64,000 bases of DNA from an uncultured Phycisphaerales bacterium (GCA_963718665.1 OY970359.1:32001-96000), one strand, 5' to 3'; positions 38,657-51,193 are shown, counted from the stretch's first letter. The notes: generated from the sequence alone by a model not told the origin. Translations and numbers: made by a program.

Positions 38657-39509
38657 CGAGTTCGTTATCGAGGGGTGCATCAAGCTAAGCGGGCTTGTCG
38701 TAATTCTTTTTGTCGCTTCGATATTCCTGTTTTTACTCAAAGACGCCCTTTCGCTGTTCGGGGTGTACCACATACGTGATTTCCTGTTCGGGAAAAGCTG
38801 GCTGCCTATATCGGAGCCGCCGAAATTCGGAATGGTCCCCCTGCTGTTAGGTTCGCTCTACGTTACTCTTGGCGCAATTGTTATTTGTGTCCCCTTAGGC
38901 GTATGTTCGGCGATGTTCATTGCTGAAGTTGCTCCGACACACCTCAAGCACGTTCTGAAGTCGCTTGTTGAAATTTTGGCGGCGATACCGAGCGTGGTTC
39001 TGGGATTCATCGGCATCGTTTGGCTTGGGCCTTTTCTGCGAAATACCTTCGGGCTTAGCACGGGTATGTGCGGGCTTACGGGAAGCTTGTTATTGGCGTT
39101 TATGGCGTTGCCGACGGTTATAAGCATATCGGAGGACGCTCTGGTGGGTGTGCCGAAGGCGTTCAAGGAAGCGGCATACGGTCTTGGGGCGACGCGGTGG
39201 CAGGCGCTTTGGCGGATTGTATTGCCGGCGGCATCATCGGGTATTATCGCGGCGGTGATGCTTGGCATAGGCAGGGTCATCGGCGAGACAATGGTGGTGA
39301 TGATGGTTACGGGCAATTCGCCTGTGATGCCTAAGTCGCTTTTGCAGCCATTGCGGACGCTGACGGCGACGATAGCGGGCGAGATGGGCGAGACGGTGGC
39401 GGGTTCGGAGCATTACTTCGCGTTATTCGCGGTTGGTCTGATACTTTTCATAATAACATTCATAATCAATTTCATCGCTGATATTTGTCTGCGAAGGGCA
39501 AGGAAATGA
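38640..39509 (+). CDS. pstC: Phosphate ABC transporter permease
   Basis: LAAIPSVV.G, EAAYGLGAT, RVIGETM; TTG start inferred from an upstream GGAGA. Confidence 0.93.
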   Translation: MSKRISEFVIEGCIKLSGLVVILFVASIFLFLLKDALSLFGVYHIRDFLFGKSWLPISEPPKFGMVPLLLGSLYVTLGAIVICVPLGVCSAMFIAEVAPTHLKHVLKSLVEILAAIPSVVLGFIGIVWLGPFLRNTFGLSTGMCGLTGSLLLAFMALPTVISISEDALVGVPKAFKEAAYGLGATRWQALWRIVLPAASSGIIAAVMLGIGRVIGETMVVMMVTGNSPVMPKSLLQPLRTLTATIAGEMGETVAGSEHYFALFAVGLILFIITFIINFIADICLRRARK

Positions 39510-40354
39510 ACGCCGCAAGAGTACGGGAAAAAATCGCGTTCACGATACTGGGCTTAATCACGCTGCTGATTGTGCTGCCGATTATACTGACGATTTTCTA
39601 CGTGGTGAAAAACGGCGCCGGCGCGGTAAGCTGGGAGTTTTTGACCCAGTCGCCACGACACGGGATGAGAGAAGGCGGGATATTCCCCGCGATAATCGGC
39701 ACGATAGTTCTGATAATCGGCACGATGTTGTTTTCGCTGCCCCTGGGGATACTGTCGGCCATATACCTTGTCGAATATGCGAAGGATAATCTGTTTACCC
39801 GGCTGATAAAGCTGTCGGTGGTAAATCTTTCGGGGATACCGTCTATTGTTTACGGATTGTTCGGGTTTACGCTGTTCGTGGTGTTTCTCAATTTCGGGAC
39901 CTCGATATTAGCCGGCTCATTGACGCTGGCGATTATGAGTTTGCCAGTGATTATCACCGCGACAAAGGAGGCGCTGGAATCGGTGCCCTTCGCTTACAGG
40001 GAAATCAGTTTGTCGCTTGGGGCAACGAAATGGCAGACAATTCGATATTGTGTGCTGCCATACTCGATACCGGGGATACTTACGGGGACGGTCTTGAGCT
40101 TGAGCAGGGCCGCAGGAGAAACAGCCCCGATATTGTTCACGGTAGCGGCATTTTACCTGCCTCGCCTGCCTCATTCGATTTTTGACCAGGTTATGACGCT
40201 GCCCTATCATTTGTATGTTATATCGACGCAGGTGCCGAATATGCCCGCGAGGTTGAGTTTCGCAACCGGTCTTGTGCTGATAGGGCTGGTGTTTTTGATG
40301 AATTTAGTCAGCATAATCCTTCGAGCGCACTACAGGAAGAAGAAGCAATGGTAG
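39506..40354 (+). CDS. pstA: Phosphate ABC transporter permease
   Basis: GGIFPAI.GT, LSGIPSIVYGLFG, RAAGETAP. Confidence 0.95.
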   Translation: MNAARVREKIAFTILGLITLLIVLPIILTIFYVVKNGAGAVSWEFLTQSPRHGMREGGIFPAIIGTIVLIIGTMLFSLPLGILSAIYLVEYAKDNLFTRLIKLSVVNLSGIPSIVYGLFGFTLFVVFLNFGTSILAGSLTLAIMSLPVIITATKEALESVPFAYREISLSLGATKWQTIRYCVLPYSIPGILTGTVLSLSRAAGETAPILFTVAAFYLPRLPHSIFDQVMTLPYHLYVISTQVPNMPARLSFATGLVLIGLVFLMNLVSIILRAHYRKKKQW

Positions 40355-41103
40355 CCGAGGCAGTAATAAAAACTGTTAATCTCAAATGCTCGTTCGGCGA
40401 AGCGACGGCTTTAACGAATCTCAATATTGATATTCGCGCAAACGAGATTCTGGGCATAATCGGGCCTTCTAACAGCGGCAAGACGACGTTTCTGCGTGCG
40501 CTCAACCGGCTCAATTACTTAAACACATCATACAGGCAATCAGGCGAGATAATTTTCGAGGGCAAAAACATCAGCCAGATAAACGACAGCATATTGCGGA
40601 AGAAAATCGGAATCATATTCGCCCTGCCGCAGGTGCTGCCGATAAGTATTTTCCATAACGTGGCATACGGGCCGAAGGTCCACGGTGTGAAAGATAAATC
40701 AAAAGTGACCGAAATGGTCGAGAAAGCCCTGAAAAAGGCGTATCTTTGGGATGAGGTTAAGGACCGGCTGGATTTGTCGGCGACGCGGCTTTCGGGCGGC
40801 CAGCAACAGCGATTGTGCATCGCCAGAACACTGGCGGTAGAGCCGGACGTAATATTATATGATGAGCCGTGTTCGGGGCTTGACCCTATTTCGACCGCCA
40901 AGGTCGAGGACGCGATGCGGGAATTGAAAAAGGACTACACGCAGATATTAGTGACAAACAACACCAAGCAGGCAGCAAGAGTCAGTGAACGCTGCGGATT
41001 TTTCCTTATGGGAGACCTCGTCGAGATAGACGAAACCGAAGAAATGTTCACCAACCCGAAAGACAAACGCACCGACGACTATATAACCGGAAGATTCGGC
41101 TAA
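40348..41103 (+). CDS. pstB: Phosphate ABC transporter ATPase, copy 1
   Basis: GPSNSGKT, LSGGQQQRLCIAR, DEPCSGLDP, YITGRFG; the H-loop reads VTNN. Confidence 0.9.
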   Translation: MVAEAVIKTVNLKCSFGEATALTNLNIDIRANEILGIIGPSNSGKTTFLRALNRLNYLNTSYRQSGEIIFEGKNISQINDSILRKKIGIIFALPQVLPISIFHNVAYGPKVHGVKDKSKVTEMVEKALKKAYLWDEVKDRLDLSATRLSGGQQQRLCIARTLAVEPDVILYDEPCSGLDPISTAKVEDAMRELKKDYTQILVTNNTKQAARVSERCGFFLMGDLVEIDETEEMFTNPKDKRTDDYITGRFG

Positions 41104-41110
41104 AAAAGAT

Positions 41111-41875
41111 ATGGACTTTGAGGCGAAAATATCGACGCAAAATCTGAACCTGTACTACGGGGAGTTTCTTGCCCTGAAGGATGTGCATATCAGGATTCCG
41201 GAACGCAACGTTACCGCAATAATAGGGCCTTCGGGGTGCGGGAAATCGACGCTTTTGCGGTGCTTCAACAGGATGAACGACCTCGTCGAGCAGATAAAAG
41301 TCGAGGGTAAGATTATTATCGAGGGGCAGGATATTATGGCCCCCGAGACGGATTTGATACATTTGCGCCGAAAAGTCGGGATGGTCTTCCAGAGACCGAA
41401 TGTTTTTGACCTGTCGATATACAACAACCTGCGATTCGGGCTGCGGATACACCGGCTGCTCAAAAACAACAACGACATTATGCAGGCGATTCAAAACGGC
41501 CTTGAGCACGTCAATCTGTGGAACGAATTAAAGGACAAACTGAGAAAAAACGCCCGTTCGCTGTCGTTGGAACAGCAGCAGCGATTATGTATCGCAAGAG
41601 TTTTGATACTGAAACCCGATATAATATTATTGGATGAACCATGCTCGGCGCTGGACCCGGTTTCAACGCTGAAAATTGAGGAATTGTTGCGCGTGCTGAA
41701 ACAGGAATATACGCTGGTGATAGTAACTCATAATATGCAGCAGGCGGCAAGGGCGTCGGACTATACTGGATTTTTGTATCTTGGTCAGTTAATCGAATTC
41801 GGCGAGACCGACCAGATTTTTACGAACCCCAAAGAGAAACTTACCGAAAATTATATTAGCGGCCATTTTGGCTGA
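41111..41875 (+). CDS. pstB: Phosphate ABC transporter ATPase, copy 2
   Basis: GPSGCGKST, degenerate signature LSLEQQQR, VTHNMQQA, YISGHFG. Confidence 0.92.
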   Translation: MDFEAKISTQNLNLYYGEFLALKDVHIRIPERNVTAIIGPSGCGKSTLLRCFNRMNDLVEQIKVEGKIIIEGQDIMAPETDLIHLRRKVGMVFQRPNVFDLSIYNNLRFGLRIHRLLKNNNDIMQAIQNGLEHVNLWNELKDKLRKNARSLSLEQQQRLCIARVLILKPDIILLDEPCSALDPVSTLKIEELLRVLKQEYTLVIVTHNMQQAARASDYTGFLYLGQLIEFGETDQIFTNPKEKLTENYISGHFG

Positions 41876-41894
41876 TTTGTCAGGGAGACAAAAA

Positions 41895-42557
41895 ATGCGC
41901 GAAAGTTTTGAAGAACATATCAAAGGGCTCAATGCAGAAGTTGTCGCGATGGGCGAAATGGTGGCGCTGGCTACCAGCCGAAGCGTTGAGGCGCTCGGTA
42001 GTCGTGATATCGAAAAGGCCAAACAAATCATCAATGATGACCTGCTCGTCAACAAGAAGCGATGGCAGATTGAGGAGAAGTGCATCAACCTGATTGCGCT
42101 TCAGCAGCCGGTGGCGACCGACCTGCGGGACATCATAGCGGTGCTGAATATCGTTACCGAGCTTGAGCGGATGGGCGATTACGCGGAAGGCATCGCTAAA
42201 ATCGTCATCATGCTGGGCAATGAGCCGCTTGTCAGACCTTTGATATTTTTGCCCAAGATGGCGGAAAAGGCAAATAGTATGCTCAAAAGGAGTATGCAGG
42301 CCCTTGTCAACAGAGACGCCAAAATGGCAAGCGCTATTTGCAATGAGGATGACGAGGTTGACAAGCTTTACGACGAGGCGTACCACGATTTGCTGATGCG
42401 GATGATTAAGGACCCGAGTATAATATCGAAGGTAACGCCTCTTATCTGGGCGACTCATAATCTCGAGCGAATTGCCGACCGAGTTACGAATATCTGTGAG
42501 AGGATTATTTTCCTTGCGACCGGCTCTATGCCACAGGTAAACGTGTCGAAGTACTGA
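41895..42557 (+). CDS. phoU: Phosphate signalling protein PhoU
   Basis: QQPVATDLR, ELERMGD, DDEVD, LERIADRVTNICE. Confidence 0.95.
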   Translation: MRESFEEHIKGLNAEVVAMGEMVALATSRSVEALGSRDIEKAKQIINDDLLVNKKRWQIEEKCINLIALQQPVATDLRDIIAVLNIVTELERMGDYAEGIAKIVIMLGNEPLVRPLIFLPKMAEKANSMLKRSMQALVNRDAKMASAICNEDDEVDKLYDEAYHDLLMRMIKDPSIISKVTPLIWATHNLERIADRVTNICERIIFLATGSMPQVNVSKY

Positions 42558-42593
42558 TTAACTGTCGAATAATTCAGCAAGGTCTATATTATT

Positions 42594-43181
42594 ATGACAA
42601 GACCACACCTTATAGCAAAGCTGATACTTGCCGCAGTGGGGGTTAACTTGCTAATGCATTCCCTCGGCGGGATTGGTTCAGCAGTCGTTATGTTAAGTCA
42701 AAAAGATCTCCTCCCGGAAGCCTTTGCCATAAGAGTGTTCATCATCGCCGCTAAATCAGCAATTACCTTCGCCGTATCGCTGATTTTGTTGTTCCGGTCT
42801 GATGGTCTGGTGAGAATAATTGCCGGCCCTGATGCTGACGAGTGTGCAAAAGTCGATGAACGCTGGACAATAGCAGGTTTAAGAATGACAGCGTGCTTTT
42901 GCGGACTCCTGATTCTCTATCGTCGCATAGACCTTCTTTTTTATTATATCCCGGCCTTCATTAATGGCTCAGGTGTTTTTTCTTATACGATATTAGAAAG
43001 GCAATCATCGAGGATTTCATCAACTAGGGCATTGATAATAATCCTAGCAGAAATTGCTGAATGGATTCTCGGAATATATCTGATATTTGGCGCTCCTCAT
43101 TATGTGCGCCGGCAAATACAGGCGATAACAATAGAACAACAACCCAAAAACAGCGGAGTCGATAAAGATGAACAAGAATGA
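42594..43181 (+). CDS. Hypothetical 4-TM membrane protein (paralog A)
   Basis: Hydrophobic ORF ending IYLIFGAPHYVRRQ. Confidence 0.75.
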   Translation: MTRPHLIAKLILAAVGVNLLMHSLGGIGSAVVMLSQKDLLPEAFAIRVFIIAAKSAITFAVSLILLFRSDGLVRIIAGPDADECAKVDERWTIAGLRMTACFCGLLILYRRIDLLFYYIPAFINGSGVFSYTILERQSSRISSTRALIIILAEIAEWILGIYLIFGAPHYVRRQIQAITIEQQPKNSGVDKDEQE

Positions 43182-43736
43182 GTTGCGCGTGATGGCAAGA
43201 ATAATGCTGATTGGCGTTGGGCTAAATGTCCTTCTGCAAACATTCTTAACTATTTCGACAAGCGCCATGGCGATACCGTTCGCTGCGTCTGCCGGAATAA
43301 AAATGTCTACGATAATCGTCATAGTTGGGATATACGCCTTAATGGCACTGGCAGTAGTATATTTTCTCGCACGCTGCGCAAATCGGTGTTCTGCCAAAAT
43401 AGTCGAATCAGAGCCGGTCGATGATACGCAAATTTCATGGTTGGCCGTTGCATTCCGTCTTATATGCGTAATATCGGGCGTGTTATTCCTTTTTTGGACA
43501 GTCCCAAACCTGATTGTTACTGTGTTTCATTATATTATGAATATGAATATCAATAACAAATCGGGACAACAACAAATATATGTGAGTATGTCGTCGATAA
43601 CCGATATTGCAAAATATGCAGTCCTGCTGGCAATAAGCATATATCTGGCCTGCGGAGCACCGGGTTTTGTTCGCTGGCAGGTAAGAAGGACACTTAAACA
43701 GTGCGGTAAAATTGAAGAACAAAAGCCAACCTGGGG

Positions 43737-43740
<4 letters not shown>
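43168..43740 (+). CDS. Hypothetical 4-TM membrane protein (paralog B)
   Basis: Hydrophobic ORF ending IYLACGAPGFVRWQ. Confidence 0.75.
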
Positions 43741-45344
<1,604 letters not shown>

Positions 45345-45355
45345 AAAAAAAAGAT

Positions 45356-45451
45356 CGGCCGGGTTTACCACGGCACGGCCAAACACCGCGTATGGCTGCT
45401 CGGTTCCCCGCCTGACCAGGTTAACGGGTCGGTCTGCATGGGACCCGGCCG
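45356..45451 (-). ncRNA. ffs: Signal recognition particle RNA (small 4.5S type)
   Basis: Minus strand contains GGTCAGG-CGG-GGAA-CCG-AGCAGCC; terminal helix cggccgggt/acccggccg; typical position upstream of dnaX. Confidence 0.9.
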
Positions 45452-45608
45452 GTAAAAACGATTTCCTAATTTCCAATTTACTATTCAGGCGCTTGCAGTA
45501 TAACAAGTCAGCCGAAAATTTCCATAATTTTCGCTTGAACAATTTGTCCCGAAAAGCTAATTAGGATATTATGAATCGAATCAATAAAACCGGATATGGG
45601 AGACAGGT

Positions 45609-45791
45609 ATGAAGGTAAGCATTGAGGATACCTGCACGGCCTGCGGGTTGTGCTGCGACACCTGCCCAGAGGTCTTCGAAATGGGCTCCGATAAGGCGGA
45701 AGTTAAAATAGAGGATGTCCCGGCGGAACATGAAGACGCAGTGCAGCAGGCAGCGGATGAGTGTCCCGTGGAGGCGATAGTCGTAGAATAA
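45609..45791 (+). CDS. Single-cluster ferredoxin
   Basis: CTACGLC...CP and CPVEAI; acidic, 60 aa. Confidence 0.92.
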   Translation: MKVSIEDTCTACGLCCDTCPEVFEMGSDKAEVKIEDVPAEHEDAVQQAADECPVEAIVVE

Positions 45792-45792
45792 A

Positions 45793-46602
45793 TCAGGATG
45801 ACAGCTCCCGGCTTTTGTTGCGGGCGGCGGTCAGCGCGTCGGCGAGCAATTGAGGGAAATTCTTTGCCGCGAAGACCTTCAGGGCCGCCTCGGTCGTACC
45901 GCCAGAGCTTGTTACCTTGCGGCGAAGTTCGCTGGGACTTTCGCTGAATTTATCACGCTCGGCGGCGAGCAGAGCGGCTCCTTTGGCGGTTTGCAGCACG
46001 AGTATTTTCGCAATTTCCGGAGGCAACCCCATCTCACCTGCAATTCTTATCATTTCTTCCATCATCAGGAAGAAATACGCTGGCCCTGACCCGCTGACGG
46101 CTGTTACAACGTCTATCAGGTCCTCGTTATCGACGATTACTGCCTTGCCAATAGCTGAGAATATCCGCATCGCCTTATCCATCATCGGACGCGCCTTGTT
46201 GTTGGCGAACAACGCGCTCGCCCCTTCGCCTATCAACGCCGGGGTGTTGGGCATAACACGGATTATGGGCTTATCGTTGAGCGCCGCGGTAATTTCGTCG
46301 ATTTTTACGCCCGCCGCGATTGAGATGACAAGTGTGCTGTGCCTGACGGTTGATTCAATCGCCAGCAGCACATTAGCCATATTCTGCGGCTTGACGCTAA
46401 GTATCAGGACATCAACCTGCCCGGCCAGCGCAGTGCTGTTGGGCACCGTCTGGACGTGGTATTGCCTCGTCAGATACTCCAGCCGGTCGGACCGGATATC
46501 GTTGATAAAAATATACTTCGGCTTGCATATATTAGCGTTGATGACTCCCTTAATCAGGGCCTCCGCCATATTGCCCGCGCCGATAAAACCAATTGTGTCC
46601 AT
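45793..46602 (-). CDS. proC: Pyrroline-5-carboxylate reductase
   Basis: GFIGAGNM, VKPQ, RVMPNTP, SGSGPAY, VTS.GGTT. Confidence 0.96.
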   Translation of the reverse strand: MDTIGFIGAGNMAEALIKGVINANICKPKYIFINDIRSDRLEYLTRQYHVQTVPNSTALAGQVDVLILSVKPQNMANVLLAIESTVRHSTLVISIAAGVKIDEITAALNDKPIIRVMPNTPALIGEGASALFANNKARPMMDKAMRIFSAIGKAVIVDNEDLIDVVTAVSGSGPAYFFLMMEEMIRIAGEMGLPPEIAKILVLQTAKGAALLAAERDKFSESPSELRRKVTSSGGTTEAALKVFAAKNFPQLLADALTAARNKSRELSS

Positions 46603-46690
46603 AATTCCTCCTTGCTGTAACCAAGGCCCGAATTATAATCTCTCATACAATCTCAAACGCATAATAATAACACGTTTGCGGAGAAAAACA

Positions 46691-47194
46691 ATGCAAAAGC
46701 AGGTAAGTTTCGAGAAAGCATACAAAACCAAATATCCCAAACAGATTGTCATTGTAGTGGCAAAGGATAAAAATGGCAAGGCCAATCCTGTCACCCTGGG
46801 CTGGACAATGATTGCCTCGTATGAGCCGGCGATGATGGCTATAGGCGTCTATAAGGGCCATTACAGCGTCAAATGTATCCGCCATTCGAAGTGCTTTACG
46901 CTGGTTTACCCATCGGTCGATATGGCCAAGGCAACCTTGTTCTTCGGCGAACATTCGGGCAGGGACACCGACAAACTTGCCCAGTTTAACACCAAGACCG
47001 CGCCTACCAAAAAGATTGATTCGGTTTTGCTGACTGATGCCGTAGCAAATTTTGAATGTCGATTGGTTAAGCAGATTGCCACAGGCGACCATATTACCTT
47101 TGTGGGCGAGGTCGTTTGCGCCCATATAAATAAAAAGCCCAAAAAACGCCTGTATTCCTTAGGCACAGGACACAAAGTCGGCGCAGCAAGATAG
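46691..47194 (+). CDS. Flavin reductase family protein
   Basis: N.VTLGW, SGRDTDK, ECR...GDH..FVGEV; the upstream part of the ORF-track entry is antisense to proC. Confidence 0.88.
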   Translation: MQKQVSFEKAYKTKYPKQIVIVVAKDKNGKANPVTLGWTMIASYEPAMMAIGVYKGHYSVKCIRHSKCFTLVYPSVDMAKATLFFGEHSGRDTDKLAQFNTKTAPTKKIDSVLLTDAVANFECRLVKQIATGDHITFVGEVVCAHINKKPKKRLYSLGTGHKVGAAR

Positions 47195-47250
47195 CCAGTT
47201 CAATATGTTTTTGATTTCCCAATTTCGATATTTGGGCGTATGATGTTGCT

Positions 47251-47790
47251 ATGCTTGTAAAGGGGCTTGTGCAGATATATACGGGAGATGGCAAGGGCAA
47301 GACGACCGCGGCCCTTGGACTTGCCTTACGCGCAGCCGGCCAGGGCAACAAGGTTCTCATTTATCAATTTCTCAAACCCCCCTGCTTAAATACCGGCGAA
47401 CGCGTCGCGTTATCATCGCTGCCCTCGGTGAAAATTGAGTCGCTCAATATCCAGTGGGATATGGGAAAATCGCTAAAAGACCCAAAAGCGATATCGGCAG
47501 CACAAACAGCCATTCGCGAATCCCTTGAACACCTGACAAAGTCGGCTATGAATCGTGAATTTGACGTTCTGATTCTCGACGAAATTGTTTACTGTGTTTC
47601 AAAAGGTCTGACCAGTGTCGAGGACTTGAAAAAAGTTATCGAGGGAAAGGATCCGCACGTTGAAATTATCCTTACCGGCCGGGGAGCAACTCCTGAACTG
47701 ATTGCCATGGCCGATTTGGTTACCGAAATGAAAAGCATCAAACACCCGTTTGATAAAGGCACAGCCGCGAGACAGGGGATTGAGTTTTAA
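47251..47790 (+). CDS. cobO: Cob(I)alamin adenosyltransferase
   Basis: YTGDGKGKTTAALG, QFLK, LDE, LTGR, KHPF..G..A..GIEF. Confidence 0.93.
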   Translation: MLVKGLVQIYTGDGKGKTTAALGLALRAAGQGNKVLIYQFLKPPCLNTGERVALSSLPSVKIESLNIQWDMGKSLKDPKAISAAQTAIRESLEHLTKSAMNREFDVLILDEIVYCVSKGLTSVEDLKKVIEGKDPHVEIILTGRGATPELIAMADLVTEMKSIKHPFDKGTAARQGIEF

Positions 47791-47882
47791 CGACATTTGC
47801 CGTTGACTTATCGGAATTGGCGGGAGATAATAACTGCACAGGTATTTAAGGCCAGCGCAATTATTTTAGGAGGACATAAATT

Positions 47883-50800
47883 ATGACGGCGAAAACACAC
47901 CCACGAGGAGCAATATGCACAGGTATTTTGTGCCTGACGATGTTTCTGGAATTCGCTGGTTTTGCCAATGGCAATAACGAACCCAATACCCCCCTGCCGT
48001 CCCGACCTGACGCAGGTCAGTTTAAATACACCGGCGTTCTTTGCGGGCATATCACCGACGCCAAAACAGGACAGCCGGTGACCGACGCAACTGTTATTGT
48101 GGAACGCACAGATAGAGCCAAGACAGACGCAAATGGCTATTACTACGTTAACACAACATACACTGACCGTGATTGCCAAATCGCCGTCGATTCAAATGAC
48201 TACGTAGCCATAACCGATTACCAGTCAATGCCGTCCCTGCGTATTCAAAAGGGCACGCAAACCGTCAAAGATTTCAAGCTCGACAAGGCCTGCATGATAC
48301 AGGTGCAGGTTGTTGATGAGGCAAATCAACCGATTGAAAACACGGAACTCTCGGCTGCATCCTTAACAGATGAATATAGGAATAAATTCAGTGAAATAAA
48401 ACGTCGGACGGACAAAAACGGAGTCGCCATATTTGGCGGTTTGCCACCCAGCAAAACACCATATCAAATTGTCGCCAACCATTATGGTGTAACAGATGAA
48501 CGGTCACATCAAAGGCAATGGGACTATGCGCCCGGCAAACTTGAAGCCCTGCTTAATGATACCAACGTCGTAGAATCAGGGCGGATAGTCCTGCAGAAAG
48601 GCACCGATGTTTATGGCAATGCCCGGTATGAAGACGGCGTTCCCGCGTCGGATTTGAAAATCGAAGCTTCTCCCAACTGGTGGGGCTATAGTTCTTCTCC
48701 GGAAAGCTATCCTATTGACGCCAACGGTAATTTTACACTCCGGCACGTAGCACCAGGTATATACCGTCTTATGGCGTACATACCAATGGTATCGGGCGGG
48801 TCAATGGGTATTACCATTTCGCAAACCACTTTGCCGCCGGCGGATAATGAGCCGCTTAAACTTACAATCCCGCAAAAATCGCCTCAGTCGCTTGTGTCTA
48901 TCCGCGGAAAACTGGTTTTTCCCGGCGGCAAAAAAGCCAAGTTTGTCAACATAGAGGCCTACACCTCTGCCGGCAGAGACCGCTTTTCTCATTCATACCA
49001 CTGGCCAAATTACAAAGACCCCTGTGATATGAATTTTGTAATAGACCGTCTTGAGCCGGGAAAATACAGGGTTACGGTCACATCTTCGGGTATGGAAGAT
49101 AAAATCATTGAAGACGTTAATGCGCCAAGCGATGGGTTTATAGTTGAGCTTGTGCCCGCAGACAAGTTGCACCTGAAAGGCACTGTGCTTAATTATCAGA
49201 CGGGTCAGCCGATTGAACAATTCAAGGCGAGGGCAAAGAAAATAAAGACGTTACGTGGACAGAATTATATGCCGCCTGATCAATGGTCCGCGTTTGATAA
49301 TAACGAGGGCAGGTTCGAGATGGAGGCCCCTGGGCCGGGCATATACCAGGTCCAGATAGCCGCCGAAGGATTTGCGTGGACGTGGAGCAAGGACATTAAT
49401 ACCGACCAAGATGTCCCGCTTGTGATTAAGCTCGGCGCGGGCGGAAGTATTGTGGGCAAAGTAGTTGATGAAAAAGGCAATCCCGTCAGCGGGGCGAAAG
49501 TTGTGCCATTGTCAAAAGCAGGCGGAATAAAAAACACCTTACCAACATATATAAAAGACCCCTTTGAATCGGAAGAAGGCGCCGTTGAGACAGCAGATGG
49601 AAAGTTTGAGTTAAAGCACCTGCAGGCAGGCAGAGAAAGCATAAAGGTTCTGCATCCCGATTATGCGTATTCGATTGTCAGTGATATAGAGGTCAAAGAA
49701 GACCAGCCAACTGAAGGGATTGAAGTTGTATTGAACAAGGGTGCAACTGTTGGGGGTTATGTGTTTGATAATGAGGGGCAACCCCAATCAAATGTTACAC
49801 TTTATTTTAAGAATATTTACAGCAGCGATGAAAAATCAGGACGTGTTGCAGAGGTAACAACAGATATAAATGGCCATTATCAGGCTGAATGTCTCCCTGA
49901 AAAGATGTTAACCGTTAGAAGACAGAAAACGTGGGAAAGCATGGGGGTGGTCTGCCGAACAATAGTCCCGGCCAATGGCAAGGTATCGCGTATTGACCTC
50001 GGAGGAAAGCCAAACGTAACGGGGCGGCTGATTATTGATGGTGAGCCAGTAACCGGTCGCAGAGTCACGCTATCGTCAATCGGCGGAGCAAATTCCGATT
50101 TATTTCGCTGTTACAGTATGACCGAAAACGACGGGTCATTTACGTTCGGCGGGATACCGAGGGGAAAATGGACCATTTATTATGACGACACTGAAAGACG
50201 CAATAACCAGATTAAAGTTGCAGATTTTGAATTAACAGGACAGAATGCGAATTTGGGGACAATTCCAAAGGGAGTTTCTACGGTAAGCATCTCAATTGAA
50301 TACGAGCAGGAATCGCCCAAATGGGAAATTATAAAAGCGTATCTGAAGGATGATAATAATTTCTTTAATCAGCCGGTGACGGAAATAGCTATACCCAACG
50401 ATTATAATCAACCTTTTACTGCCAAATACGTCTTACCTGGGGAGCATTATCTTGTCCTGGTGAGAAAAGATTATTCTTCCCTGAGCTATCCCATAAAGGT
50501 CACTGAAAGCAGCTCGAGTATAAATATCCGTTTGCCGAAATGCACAGCCGGCATCCATGGCCGAATGACAGGCAAATATCTTGGCGGACAAACCGTGTGG
50601 ACAAAAGATAGGTCAGTTGTAAGTTATATAAGACCCGAAAACAACGGCGATTATCAACTCGACAATTTGCCAGCAGGTCAATACCTGCTCGGCGGCAATA
50701 TGCTCATAAAGGAAGGAGCATTGCTTGAATTTGAATTAAAGGAAGGCGAACAAAAAACCTTCGATATAGATATCCCTGAAACACTACCCCACCAAATGGG

Positions 50801-51059
50801 AGGACTACAGGTTATAGTTATCGATGAAAATGGCGCTCTGCTTACGGGAGCCAAAGCATGGCTTCAGAACGGTGCCAGCATAGTTGAACCTGTCGCAGAC
50901 ATAGGCGGGTTCTATTTTGTTACAGAGCCGCAGAAATATGAGCTGCACGCAAAATTCACAGGTTATAAGGAATCAAAACAACAGGTCAAGATTGAAAATC
51001 TGGATTTGAAAACAACAAAGCGTCCTCCCGAACCTGTTTTTGTCCGGCTGGAAAAATAG
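47883..51059 (+). CDS. Large secreted protein with repeated carboxypeptidase-regulatory-like beta-sandwich domains
   Basis: Signal peptide; recurring G.V.D..G.PV..A.V and TD.NG.Y motifs. Confidence 0.8.
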   Translation: MTAKTHPRGAICTGILCLTMFLEFAGFANGNNEPNTPLPSRPDAGQFKYTGVLCGHITDAKTGQPVTDATVIVERTDRAKTDANGYYYVNTTYTDRDCQIAVDSNDYVAITDYQSMPSLRIQKGTQTVKDFKLDKACMIQVQVVDEANQPIENTELSAASLTDEYRNKFSEIKRRTDKNGVAIFGGLPPSKTPYQIVANHYGVTDERSHQRQWDYAPGKLEALLNDTNVVESGRIVLQKGTDVYGNARYEDGVPASDLKIEASPNWWGYSSSPESYPIDANGNFTLRHVAPGIYRLMAYIPMVSGGSMGITISQTTLPPADNEPLKLTIPQKSPQSLVSIRGKLVFPGGKKAKFVNIEAYTSAGRDRFSHSYHWPNYKDPCDMNFVIDRLEPGKYRVTVTSSGMEDKIIEDVNAPSDGFIVELVPADKLHLKGTVLNYQTGQPIEQFKARAKKIKTLRGQNYMPPDQWSAFDNNEGRFEMEAPGPGIYQVQIAAEGFAWTWSKDINTDQDVPLVIKLGAGGSIVGKVVDEKGNPVSGAKVVPLSKAGGIKNTLPTYIKDPFESEEGAVETADGKFELKHLQAGRESIKVLHPDYAYSIVSDIEVKEDQPTEGIEVVLNKGATVGGYVFDNEGQPQSNVTLYFKNIYSSDEKSGRVAEVTTDINGHYQAECLPEKMLTVRRQKTWESMGVVCRTIVPANGKVSRIDLGGKPNVTGRLIIDGEPVTGRRVTLSSIGGANSDLFRCYSMTENDGSFTFGGIPRGKWTIYYDDTERRNNQIKVADFELTGQNANLGTIPKGVSTVSISIEYEQESPKWEIIKAYLKDDNNFFNQPVTEIAIPNDYNQPFTAKYVLPGEHYLVLVRKDYSSLSYPIKVTESSSSINIRLPKCTAGIHGRMTGKYLGGQTVWTKDRSVVSYIRPENNGDYQLDNLPAGQYLLGGNMLIKEGALLEFELKEGEQKTFDIDIPETLPHQMGGLQVIVIDENGALLTGAKAWLQNGASIVEPVADIGGFYFVTEPQKYELHAKFTGYKESKQQVKIENLDLKTTKRPPEPVFVRLEK

Positions 51060-51193
51060 GAGTTTGGGCAAATATTGAGATGTGAGGCGTTTTTGGGGCG
51101 GCCTTTAATAAAGCCCTCATTTCATATTCGGCACGCCGCATTTGATTTTACGCGGAATTCTGCTATAATGCTTCCTGGAGTCAAGGGTGATAA

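Noticed and set aside
45345..45542. 66-aa N-terminal extension of DnaX
   Set aside because: It overlaps the SRP RNA; the conserved DnaX start MAYTVLARKYR is at 45344.
45917..46690. 425-aa fusion ORF
   Set aside because: The first part is the antisense shadow of proC; only 46691-47194 resembles a real protein.
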